From the NCBI GenBank assembly GCA_026129095.1, contig JAHCIT010000007.1:186001-219939 (forward strand): a DNA stretch of 33,939 bases, given 5' to 3'. The stretch's first letter is position 1. Each line of letters begins with the position of its first letter. Position numbers and translations under genes: made by a program. A model generated the notes under the pieces. It was not told the origin of the DNA. It made no database searches and saw nothing but the letters and a program-made list of their open reading frames with translations. Below are positions 10,911 through 19,584 of this stretch, one piece after another. This stretch comes from Deltaproteobacteria bacterium (GTDB lineage: Bacteria > JAGRBM01 > JAHCIT01).

Positions 10911-12011
10911 TCAACGGCCTTGAATGGCTGCTCCCAAATGACGCTCCATTGCTGAAAAATTATGGCGGAACATGCCATCTAGCGGAGAGCCCTTTTCGGT
11001 TGGAACGCTTTTCCACCGAAGTGCGCCGGACTGTTCGATTGTGGCTTGTTGTCGCTTGATCGTTTTTACGAATGCAGACGTATCTATCACACAGATTTGG
11101 TGAAAGGATCGTTTGAGTTCGCTTAACGCATCCGTGCCGCCACGAACGATTAGCGTCAACGGACGCTTCACGGTGTCGCCCATTCGTCGCAAGTGGTCTA
11201 TGTGCCATTGTATGCGAGTCGGGAAGCCGCCACCAGTACCGAATTCGAAGCATAGATGATCGACTTCGTCACGATCGGATATAAAAGAAGTCCATCGTGA
11301 CCAATCATGGTCAGTGCGCGCGTTAACATGAAGCGCTGCTGGTATACCGACGTTCAAGAATTCCTGCCATACAAGTGCGATACGCTTCATGCTGTGCATG
11401 TCGTCCCACCGTGGACGATCAGTAAAGAGGCTGAAGTTTGGTGTTGTAACTATATCGACCTTGAGCGCTTTCAGTTCTTTTAGAATCGACTGGCGATTAT
11501 CTCCAAATCCCCACCACCGTTCGAGTGGCGCGTCTTTGTGGGTCCCAGTTAAAAGGATCTTCGCGTCGTGTTGTATTCCAAAATAGTCGCAAAGATCGGC
11601 CCGATCATTAATTCGTGATTTTCCCGAAATCCTGGCCACTACTTGATATAGCGATAACGCGATAAAGTCCTTATCGAATTTCTCCCTACGCCCGCTATTG
11701 TGATAGATAAGTGGAACCACTGGCGGGAGGTTAGGATAGGCTAGGCGGCGTGATCGTGGCACGTTGTCAAATTCGAAACCTCCCACTTCACGAACTCTAT
11801 CCACAAAATGAGGATTCTTTAGACATACCGAGTCGCATTTTTCAGGCTTACCACAACATAGTTCGAGACAGTCGAGCATAGCTCGTTCTAGGTTCAAACC
11901 GCCGCACACCGAACGCTCGGAACATTTCACGCATCCCAAGTACATTGGATTTTTTTCGGAGTCATGCCAGAGATCTGCCGTGGAATTTATAAGACGCCGT
12001 TGCTTAGCCAT
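10911..12011 (-). CDS. DUF4417-like protein with Cys-rich N-terminus
   Basis: TTPNFSLFTDRPR resembles the DUF4417 P(D/N)FSL motif; 8 Cys in CVKC..C..C..CC..C..C near the N-terminus. Confidence 0.65.
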   Translation of the reverse strand: MAKQRRLINSTADLWHDSEKNPMYLGCVKCSERSVCGGLNLERAMLDCLELCCGKPEKCDSVCLKNPHFVDRVREVGGFEFDNVPRSRRLAYPNLPPVVPLIYHNSGRREKFDKDFIALSLYQVVARISGKSRINDRADLCDYFGIQHDAKILLTGTHKDAPLERWWGFGDNRQSILKELKALKVDIVTTPNFSLFTDRPRWDDMHSMKRIALVWQEFLNVGIPAALHVNARTDHDWSRWTSFISDRDEVDHLCFEFGTGGGFPTRIQWHIDHLRRMGDTVKRPLTLIVRGGTDALSELKRSFHQICVIDTSAFVKTIKRQQATIEQSGALRWKSVPTEKGSPLDGMFRHNFSAMERHLGAAIQGR

Positions 12012-12020
12012 TATAAGTTC

Positions 12021-12368
12021 TCATCGTATCGCTATTTCAACCGTTCGGCTGAGGGGGTTTATTTGTTCAACGTGACCTTGCGCGATTCCGCATCCCGCGC
12101 GTATCGCCTCTAAAATTTCTTGAGATGGTTCGACGAGTTGGCCAATTTCTTCATTGCCAACGTAGATACCAATATGATCTGGATTCGCTCGTACAAGCAC
12201 GTTGTCGAGTTTCGACGGGATATTCTTCACCGTTAGATCGGCGACGACTGTCGTCGGCTGATGTTCGGGCTGAATGGAAAACAGATCGGGAGTTCCGAGT
12301 CGAAGCCGCGCGCGGTCCCAGGATTTCGCAAACGATCTAGTCTTGTTTCGGAGAAAATCGACGCCCAC
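12021..12368 (-). CDS. hypothetical protein (~115 aa)
   Basis: GTG at 12368 is 2 nt after the upstream stop with GGAGGG RBS; stops 9 bp before the next gene, so operonic. Confidence 0.7.
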   Translation of the reverse strand: MGVDFLRNKTRSFAKSWDRARLRLGTPDLFSIQPEHQPTTVVADLTVKNIPSKLDNVLVRANPDHIGIYVGNEEIGQLVEPSQEILEAIRAGCGIAQGHVEQINPLSRTVEIAIR

Positions 12369-12370
12369 GA

Positions 12371-12946
12371 TTATGCGCCCTCCGACAGAAGCGGCCGATA
12401 CCGTTTTGACCGTCCATTTGAGATTTCCATTATGAGCGCCTTGGATACCAATGAAGATAGGCGATTGTTCCACGCGGTCTGTTTGATGTCTTCTCTCTGT
12501 TCACCGTTGCGCGGATCGTTCATTAGAGTACTGGCATCAGTTTCGCCGTATTGACTGACCAACTTAAAAGTAAGCTCCTGTTTGGGGTCGAGCTTCCCGA
12601 GTAACTTTACATTTGAGACTTCACCGCTGGTCGTTCGATTGCAGGACAATATGACGTCGCCCTTCGCCGTCAGAAGATCTTCAAGTTCTTCAACAATTCG
12701 TTGCGAAGCATTCGCGACCACCGGATAAAGCTGAGACCTTCGATTCCGAACAAAATCTCTGAAACCAACAACGGACTCCCGGAGGTAGCTTGCGGTTGCG
12801 ACTTGGATTCCCGCGAAGTCGAGAAAGCACACTTCGGGCTTCGCGGGCTCTTCGACCCGTTCTAACAATTTTCCGAGCGACTGCCGTCCAAAACCCGCGC
12901 CAGCCAGAATTGGATCCTCGACGATGTCTAATATTCTAAAATTCAC
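12371..12946 (-). CDS. STAS-like plus winged-HTH regulator
   Basis: N-terminal FLDFAGIQVATASYLRES (STAS/DUF4325-like); C-terminal QTAWNNRLSSLVSKALIMEISNGRSKRYRP (wHTH with wing). Confidence 0.7.
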   Translation of the reverse strand: MNFRILDIVEDPILAGAGFGRQSLGKLLERVEEPAKPEVCFLDFAGIQVATASYLRESVVGFRDFVRNRRSQLYPVVANASQRIVEELEDLLTAKGDVILSCNRTTSGEVSNVKLLGKLDPKQELTFKLVSQYGETDASTLMNDPRNGEQREDIKQTAWNNRLSSLVSKALIMEISNGRSKRYRPLLSEGA

Positions 12947-12954
12947 ACATCACC

Positions 12955-13003
12955 ATCCTCACGTTACAGAAGTGAGGATAATGACGATAGGCGTCTAGGT
13001 CAA
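12955..13003 (-). promoter_or_regulatory. sigma70-type promoter with overlapping inverted-repeat operator
   Basis: Minus strand TTGACC (13003-12998), 17 nt, TATCCT (12980-12975); perfect inverted repeat ATCCTCAC-N9-GTGAGGAT at 12955-12979. Confidence 0.6.
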
Positions 13004-13106
13004 GTATTTATTTTGGGGTGAGCGTCCATCGAAGTGCGATGAGTTACGTAACATATGGTAATTACTATTGAAATATATCTCGGCCGACGTGGCCAAAGAG
13101 CGAGCA

Positions 13107-13544
13107 TTACTCCTTCAACCCGAACCGCCGGAGTTTGGTTGACAGTGTGCTCTGGGGGATACCGAGCAGTTTTGCCGCGTCACCCTTACTTCGGGCGCTA
13201 TTCAGCGCCATCCGAATGACCTCCCGCTCGATTTCCTCCATGTGCGACACCAGCGTCCCCTTCCCATTGAGGATCCGGATGACGGCCAGAATGAGCTGGC
13301 CCTTCAGTTCGCCCAGTTCGGCTCCCGCTTTGAGCAGCCCGGTCCTGGTCTCCAGCGGCCCGAGGATGACCGACCTCGTGAGCGCGACAGCAACGTCCGG
13401 AACGGTCATTGCGTCCGGAAGTAATTTGGAAAGGGTGCCAAACGCATCGCGCAACGCCGCGTTGATTTTCTCCGGGTGGTCCTGCTCCTTGATAAATAGC
13501 TCAAGTTCCGCCCGCGAATCCTTTAGGCCGTTTTTATGGTTCAT
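13107..13544 (-). CDS. Fis-type HTH domain protein
   Basis: C-terminal EIEREVIRMALNSARSKGDAAKLLGIPQSTLSTKLRRFGL. Confidence 0.75.
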   Translation of the reverse strand: MNHKNGLKDSRAELELFIKEQDHPEKINAALRDAFGTLSKLLPDAMTVPDVAVALTRSVILGPLETRTGLLKAGAELGELKGQLILAVIRILNGKGTLVSHMEEIEREVIRMALNSARSKGDAAKLLGIPQSTLSTKLRRFGLKE

Positions 13545-13606
13545 GGTTTAACCTTTCGTGGTATCCGTCAGAAAACATTTGCTGCCTGGAGAAGATCGCC
13601 GGTTAT

Positions 13607-14293
13607 TCATTTCGGTCTGATGGGCTCTACGCACTCTGGCTTATCATTCTTCGGGTCGTTGACGATACGGCTAACCGGTAATGCTTGCATCATGTCCGCC
13701 GATAGCGGCACCAGTATCGGTTTCAGATCATCCGCCTTGGTTTTCGGATCAATCCACTTCCTGGCTTCGGACGGCGGCAGTATCACCGGCATCCGGTTGT
13801 GGATCGGGGCCATGAGGTCATTCGGCTCGGTTGTGAGGATCGTGCAGGTTTCGAGTTCGCTGCCGTCCGGGGCCTGCCAGTGTTCCCAGAGGCCGGCCAT
13901 CGAGAACAGCCCGCCCGCTTTCATCGTGATGTGATAGGGCTGTTTCGGTCCCTTGCCTCTCGCCTGCCATTCGTAGAAGCCGGTCGCGGGGATCAGGCAA
14001 CGCCGGTGTTTGAACGCCGACCGGAACGACGGCTTCTCGTGCGCCGTCTCCGCTCGGGCGTTAATCATCCGGTTCCCGATGGCCGGATCTTTCGCCCACG
14101 ACGGAACGAGCCCCCACTTCACCGGGACCAGCTCAGTCTTGCCACTCGACGGCGACACCCGGACGATCTCGACCGGCTGCGACGGCGCGATGTTGTAGCG
14201 GGGCGCGACCTTGTGGCTCAGGTCAAAACCGAGGAGATCAGAGTATTCCTCCCAGGTCAGATCGTCTGCATTGCTGGTAAAACGGCCGCACAT
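13607..14293 (-). CDS. SOS response-associated peptidase (SRAP, YedK/HMCES family)
   Basis: MCGRF start (Cys2), PRYNIAPSQ, INARAET, RRCLIPATGFYEW, IHNRMPVIL. Confidence 0.96.
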   Translation of the reverse strand: MCGRFTSNADDLTWEEYSDLLGFDLSHKVAPRYNIAPSQPVEIVRVSPSSGKTELVPVKWGLVPSWAKDPAIGNRMINARAETAHEKPSFRSAFKHRRCLIPATGFYEWQARGKGPKQPYHITMKAGGLFSMAGLWEHWQAPDGSELETCTILTTEPNDLMAPIHNRMPVILPPSEARKWIDPKTKADDLKPILVPLSADMMQALPVSRIVNDPKNDKPECVEPIRPK

Positions 14294-14437
14294 AGGTTCT
14301 CAAAACCTTAGCAGTTTCAGCCACTTCCGGGAACTGTGCCGCTACCTGACACACCCCCGTTCTAAGATGGGGCGGGTGCGGGATTGACCTGTCCGATGCT
14401 TTCGGTTTATTTACGGTATCGGTAAGTGAGGTGGTAT

Positions 14438-15052
14438 ATGGGTCTTTCCGCCCAGGAACTGCTGGCCGTTCTGCCGCCCGGTGTGGTTACACGCGGCGGC
14501 CTGATTAAAACAACCGGAGGGGTCTGGGACCGGGCCGAAACGGCCGGGCGGCTTGTGGAACTCTCCGGGGTCGCGGCCCTCACGATGGCCTTCCGGCTGA
14601 TTCGGGATTCCCAGAAGGCGGGCGATCCGGCCGCCTGGGTTGGAACCGCCAGTTCGATCTTCTTCGCCCCTGACGCGGTAGCTGGCGGCATTGACCTGAA
14701 CTCGCTCGCCGTCGTCCGGCTTCGGAATTCACGCGATATTCCGCGGGCGGCGGAACGGCTGCTCCAGTCCGGGGCGTTCGGCGTGGTCGTGATTGATCTG
14801 CCCAAAGAGGCCGATGTCCCCATGCCGCTCCAGTCCCGGCTCGTTGGGCTTGCCCAGACGCACGACACGGCAGTGGTGTTCGTGACGGCGCGGCCAAGGC
14901 CGCTTGGATCGCTCGTGAGCCTTCGGGCGGAGACGCGGCGGATTGCCGCCGGGCGCCGGCGATACCGGTGCGAGCTTGAGGCGGTGAAGGACAAGCGGCG
15001 CGGGCCGGGATGGGTTCGGGAGACAGACTGCCGTGGACCAGCCGGACTCTGA
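14438..15052 (+). CDS. imuA: ImuA / RecA-like protein
   Basis: GRLVELSG (degenerate P-loop), GIDLNSL, AERLLQSGAFGVVVID; first gene of imuA-imuB-dnaE2; ATG after GAGGTGG. Confidence 0.8.
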   Translation: MGLSAQELLAVLPPGVVTRGGLIKTTGGVWDRAETAGRLVELSGVAALTMAFRLIRDSQKAGDPAAWVGTASSIFFAPDAVAGGIDLNSLAVVRLRNSRDIPRAAERLLQSGAFGVVVIDLPKEADVPMPLQSRLVGLAQTHDTAVVFVTARPRPLGSLVSLRAETRRIAAGRRRYRCELEAVKDKRRGPGWVRETDCRGPAGL

Positions 15053-16535
15053 AACCCGCTGGGCGTGCGTGAACCTGCCGGAGCTTCCGCTCCAGATCCT
15101 CGTACGCGCCCATCCTGACTGGCACAAACTGCCGGTGGCGGTGGTTGAGTCGGACAAGCCGCAGGCGTTCATTCTTGCCGTGAATGAAAGCGCACGGCGC
15201 AACCGGATCATTCCGGGGATGCGGTATGCGGCGGGGTTGTCGCAGTCGAGGGAGCTTCGCGCCGGGCCGGTCGGCAGGCCGGAGATCGAGACGGCTGTGA
15301 AACTGGTCGGCGGCGAGCTGCGCCGGTTCAGTCCGGAAGTGGAGCCCTCAGATGACGAACCGGGAATCCTCTGGCTGAACGCCACCGGTCTTGAGCCGGT
15401 CACGCCGTCGCTTCCCAAATGGGCATGGTCCATTCTGGATACGCTGAGGGCCAAGGGGTTTCGGTCGAACGTCGCCGTCGGTTTCAGCCGGTTCGGGAGT
15501 TATGCAGCCGCCAAGACGCGCCCCGGTGTCACGGTGTTTCCGTCACTCAAAGACGAAACGGCAGTCGCGGGTTCGGCGCAGCTCGACCGGCTTGGTCTCG
15601 CCCCAAAGCTTCTCTCGCACCTGGCAAAGCTGGGTGTTGTGACCGTCAGGGACTTTCTAGGGCTCCCGCCGACGGGCTTACTCGAACGATTTGGTCCCGA
15701 AGCACAGCGGTTTCACCGCATGGCGACCGGCGAAGCCTGGAAGCCGCTCGCGCCGGAATCGCCCGTGGAAGCTCCCCGGTCGTTGCTCCTTCTCGATCAC
15801 CCGGAGACCGACTCAACCCGGCTTCTGTTCTTTATCCGCCGCCAGCTTCATCCGCTGCTCTCGGAACTTGCGGCCCGGTATCAGGCCCTTAGTGAACTGA
15901 GGGTCCGGTTCGCCCTTGAGCGAAAGCTGACTTGGCGTGAAGCAGTCCGTCCGGCATTCCCGACGCTGGACAGCGTAGCGATCCTCGATCTCGTGCGCCT
16001 GACACTGGAACGGACGCCGCTCCAGGCGCCGGTCCGGGAACTGGAACTGACCGCCATTGGTACACCAGCCGAGCAGGAACAGCTCCGGCTGTTCAATGAG
16101 AACCCACGCCGCGACCTCCGGGCGGCGGCGCGGGCCTTTGCGAGGCTCCGGGCCGAATACGGAGAAAATGCCGTCTCTCGCGTGGTGCTCCGCGACGGCC
16201 ATTTGCCGGACGGCCGATACTCGCTGGAACCGCTCCAGGCCTTACCCCTGCCGAAGGATTTGCCCGAAGCTGATCCGGCCCTGATTCGCCGGATTTACGA
16301 CAAGCCGGTCGCGCTCCCGGTCCTGCCCGGACGGGAACTTTCCCGGAATCTTCTCAGGGCCTTTATCGATGGTGCGATTGCCAGAACAGCCGGCCCGTTT
16401 CTGTTCGAGGGCGGCTGGTGGCACCGGGATACGGACCGTGAATACCACCTGGTCGAGACCGTCAACGGCGAGATCGTCTGGGTTTTCTACGACCGCAAGC
16501 AGTCCCGCTGGTTCCTGCACGGCGAGGTCCGCTGA
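15033..16535 (+). CDS. imuB: ImuB, inactive Y-family polymerase
   Basis: [26 protein letters not shown]-terminal [19 protein letters not shown]. Confidence 0.9.
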   Translation: MDQPDSETRWACVNLPELPLQILVRAHPDWHKLPVAVVESDKPQAFILAVNESARRNRIIPGMRYAAGLSQSRELRAGPVGRPEIETAVKLVGGELRRFSPEVEPSDDEPGILWLNATGLEPVTPSLPKWAWSILDTLRAKGFRSNVAVGFSRFGSYAAAKTRPGVTVFPSLKDETAVAGSAQLDRLGLAPKLLSHLAKLGVVTVRDFLGLPPTGLLERFGPEAQRFHRMATGEAWKPLAPESPVEAPRSLLLLDHPETDSTRLLFFIRRQLHPLLSELAARYQALSELRVRFALERKLTWREAVRPAFPTLDSVAILDLVRLTLERTPLQAPVRELELTAIGTPAEQEQLRLFNENPRRDLRAAARAFARLRAEYGENAVSRVVLRDGHLPDGRYSLEPLQALPLPKDLPEADPALIRRIYDKPVALPVLPGRELSRNLLRAFIDGAIARTAGPFLFEGGWWHRDTDREYHLVETVNGEIVWVFYDRKQSRWFLHGEVR

Positions 16536-16537
16536 CC

Positions 16538-19500
16538 ATGTATGTGCCGCTCTGGTGCAAGACGAACTATTCGTTCCTGGAAGGGGCGAGCCACCCAGAG
16601 GAACTGATAGAGACGGCTCACCGGCTGGGCCTGCCCGCCATCGCGGTTACCGACCGGGACGGTTTGTACGGGATCGTCCGGGCGCATGTCCGGGCGAAAG
16701 AGTTGGGTATCAAGCTGATCGCTGGTTCCGAAGTCACTGTGCCCGGTATTTCGCCGGTCGTCCTGCTGGCGAAAGACCGGCCGGGATACGCAAACCTCTG
16801 CCGCCTGATCTCAAAGGGGCGGCTCCGCAAGCCCAAGGGCGAATCGGAAGTGACCTTGGCGGAACTCTGCGAACACGCGGAGGGTCTGTTCTGCCTGTGC
16901 CGGAGACCGGTTGAAGCCGCCGATAATCTAAAGGCCGCCTTCGGGCTTCGCCTTTATGCACTCCTCGCTCGTCACCGTGTGGCTGAAGAAAACGACGACG
17001 AGGTTTCGCTGAGAGAATGGGCCGTCCGCCATGGCGTCCAGACGGTTGCTGCCGCTGAAGTTCTCTATCACCAGCGTTCACGGAAACATCTTCAAGATGT
17101 ACTCTCCTGCATCCGGCACGGTGTTACGCTTGCGACCGCCGGAACCCGCATCCGCCCGAACGCGCAGAACGGTCTCATTCCGCCGGAAAGTTTCAGCCGC
17201 CTGTTCGCAGACGACCCTGGCGCAGTTCGCCGGACCGTTGAGATTGCTGACCTGTGTTCTTTCTCGCTTTCCGAGATCCGCTACCGCTATCCGGACGAAA
17301 GGCTCCCCTCCGGGCTCACGACTTCCGGGTGGCTGCGGGTGCTGGCGGCGCAGGGAGCCGCCAAGCGGTACCCGGATGGTGTGCCCGCCGACGTGACGGC
17401 CCAACTCCACAAGGAAATCTCGCTCGTCGAGGAGCTGGACTACGCCGGTTACTTCCTGACCATGTGGGAGATCGTCGAATACTGCCGGGCGAACGAAATC
17501 CTCTGCCAGGGGCGGGGATCGGCCGCGAACTCCGCTCTCTGTTACTGCCTTGGCATTACGGCGATTGATCCGGTTCGCATGGGGCTGCTGTTCGAACGGT
17601 TTCTCTCGAAAGAACGGGCGGAACCGCCTGACATCGATCTCGACATCTCCCATGCCCGTCGTGAAGAAGTAATCCAGCATGTCTATGAAAAGTACGGCCG
17701 CGACCGGGCCGCGATGGTCGCCAACATCATCCGCTACCGGGGCCGCTCGGCCGTCCGGGACATAGGCAAGGCGCTTGGTTTCCCAGAAACCGCCCTCGAC
17801 CGGGTAGCGAAACTCATGGACTACTACAGCCCGCCGTCGCCGGAACTGCTCCACCAGGCTGGTTTCGATCCCGATGCACCGGCCTGCGGGCACCTCATTC
17901 GCCTGTGCGAGGAGATTATCGATTTCCCCCGGCACCTCTCCATCCATCCCGGCGGTTTCCTGCTCGGCCATGAGCCGGTCCACGACCTCGTGCCGATCGA
18001 AAACGCGACCATGCCGGGCCGGACCGTCATCCAATGGGACAAGGAGGACGTGGAGAGCCTTGGGTTGTTCAAGGTGGATCTGCTGGGTCTTGGCGCACTG
18101 ACGATGCTCGACATCTGCTTCCGGCTGCTGAAGGAGCACCGGGGGATTGAGCTTTCGATGGCCACGATCCCGGCGGAAGACCCCGCTACGTATGACCTCA
18201 TGTGCCGGGCCGATACCGTCGGTGTTTTTCAGATCGAGAGCCGGGCGCAGATGGCGATGCTACCCAGGCTGAAGCCCCGGACCTTCTACGACCTCGTGAT
18301 CGAGGTGAGCATCGTCCGGCCCGGACCCATCACTGGCGGCATGGTGCATCCCTACCTTCGCCGCAAGCACGGCAAGGAACCTGTCACGTACCCCCATGAA
18401 CTGCTTCGCCCGGTTCTGGAGAAAACGCTCGGCGTGCCGCTCTTTCAGGAACAGGTGATGCGGCTGGCCGTTGTCGCCGCCGACTACACCCCCGGCGAAG
18501 CGGACCAGCTCCGGCGGGACATGGCCGCGTGGCGAAAGACCGGCCGGATCGAGAAACACCACGAACGGCTCGTCCAGCGGATGACTGCCAAAGGGATCGC
18601 CCCGGAGTTTGCCGAACGGGTCTTCGAGCAGATCAGGGGTTTTGGCGAATACGGCTTCCCCGAGAGCCACGCCGCCAGTTTCGCGCTGATCAGCTACGCA
18701 ACGGCGTATCTCAGGACTCATTACCCCGTGGAGTTCACCTGTGCGCTCCTTAATGCCCAGCCGATGGGCTTCTACAGTCCCTCCACGATCATCGACGATG
18801 CCAAACGGCATGGCGTGAGAGTGCTCCCTGCCGATGTCACCCTGAGTGATTGGGACTGTGCCCTCGAAAGCGGTTCTATCCGGATGGGGCTTCGCTTTGT
18901 GAATGGTCTGGGTGCGGCCGATTGGGAGAAAATGCTTGCCGGTAAACCGTTCGCGTCGTTGGCCGATTTTGTCCGCCGTACGAAGCTGGATGAAAATGCC
19001 TTGAACACCCTGGCTGAAGCCGGTGCGCTGGATGCCTTCGGGGGTGACCGGCGAGCGATGCTCTGGGAGGTGCGCGGACTCCTGAGCAGCCGGCAGTTTT
19101 CGCTACCGCTGGATACCGTCGCCGCGAATCCCGGTTTTCGGCCGCTCAACGCTTTCGAGACAATCGCCTGGGACTACCGGACAAAAGGCCACAGCACGGA
19201 GGCGCACCCCCTGTCGGAACTCCGGCCCGAACTCATCCGGCAGAGGCTCCCCGACGCCAAGACTCTGTCAGGAATGAAGCACGGCGACCGGGTCCGCTAC
19301 GCCGGTATCGTCATCTGCCGCCAGCATCCGGGGACCGCCAACGGGGTGACCTTCTACACGCTTGAAGACGAGACCGGCTTCGTGAACCTCATCGTCTGGA
19401 GGAAGGTGTTCGAACACTATTCCGTTATCGCCAAGTCGGCTTCGCTGATGGGAGTCACCGGGAAGCTCCAGTCCGAAGACGGCGTGGTCCACCTGGTCGC

Positions 19501-19567
19501 CGAACGGCTTTGGGAGCCGAAGCTCAAGATCAGGCCGGAGCGGGTGGGGAGCCGGGATTTTCGATGA
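16538..19567 (+). CDS. dnaE2: error-prone DNA polymerase DnaE2 (ImuC)
   Basis: PHP start [39 protein letters not shown], terminal SRDFR. Confidence 0.97.
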   Translation: MYVPLWCKTNYSFLEGASHPEELIETAHRLGLPAIAVTDRDGLYGIVRAHVRAKELGIKLIAGSEVTVPGISPVVLLAKDRPGYANLCRLISKGRLRKPKGESEVTLAELCEHAEGLFCLCRRPVEAADNLKAAFGLRLYALLARHRVAEENDDEVSLREWAVRHGVQTVAAAEVLYHQRSRKHLQDVLSCIRHGVTLATAGTRIRPNAQNGLIPPESFSRLFADDPGAVRRTVEIADLCSFSLSEIRYRYPDERLPSGLTTSGWLRVLAAQGAAKRYPDGVPADVTAQLHKEISLVEELDYAGYFLTMWEIVEYCRANEILCQGRGSAANSALCYCLGITAIDPVRMGLLFERFLSKERAEPPDIDLDISHARREEVIQHVYEKYGRDRAAMVANIIRYRGRSAVRDIGKALGFPETALDRVAKLMDYYSPPSPELLHQAGFDPDAPACGHLIRLCEEIIDFPRHLSIHPGGFLLGHEPVHDLVPIENATMPGRTVIQWDKEDVESLGLFKVDLLGLGALTMLDICFRLLKEHRGIELSMATIPAEDPATYDLMCRADTVGVFQIESRAQMAMLPRLKPRTFYDLVIEVSIVRPGPITGGMVHPYLRRKHGKEPVTYPHELLRPVLEKTLGVPLFQEQVMRLAVVAADYTPGEADQLRRDMAAWRKTGRIEKHHERLVQRMTAKGIAPEFAERVFEQIRGFGEYGFPESHAASFALISYATAYLRTHYPVEFTCALLNAQPMGFYSPSTIIDDAKRHGVRVLPADVTLSDWDCALESGSIRMGLRFVNGLGAADWEKMLAGKPFASLADFVRRTKLDENALNTLAEAGALDAFGGDRRAMLWEVRGLLSSRQFSLPLDTVAANPGFRPLNAFETIAWDYRTKGHSTEAHPLSELRPELIRQRLPDAKTLSGMKHGDRVRYAGIVICRQHPGTANGVTFYTLEDETGFVNLIVWRKVFEHYSVIAKSASLMGVTGKLQSEDGVVHLVAERLWEPKLKIRPERVGSRDFR

Positions 19568-19584
19568 AACGGCTATCTAAATCT

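Noticed and set aside
12369-12473. N-terminal extension of ORF 12021..12473
   Set aside because: Overlaps the upstream gene by about 100 bp; GTG at 12368 has a good RBS
13043-13065. Palindromes GTTACGTAAC and GTAATTAC at the edge of the lower-GC module
   Set aside because: Short, in AT-rich DNA, and no partner site found at the other end of the module
17078-18139. 353-aa minus-strand ORF
   Set aside because: Antisense shadow of dnaE2
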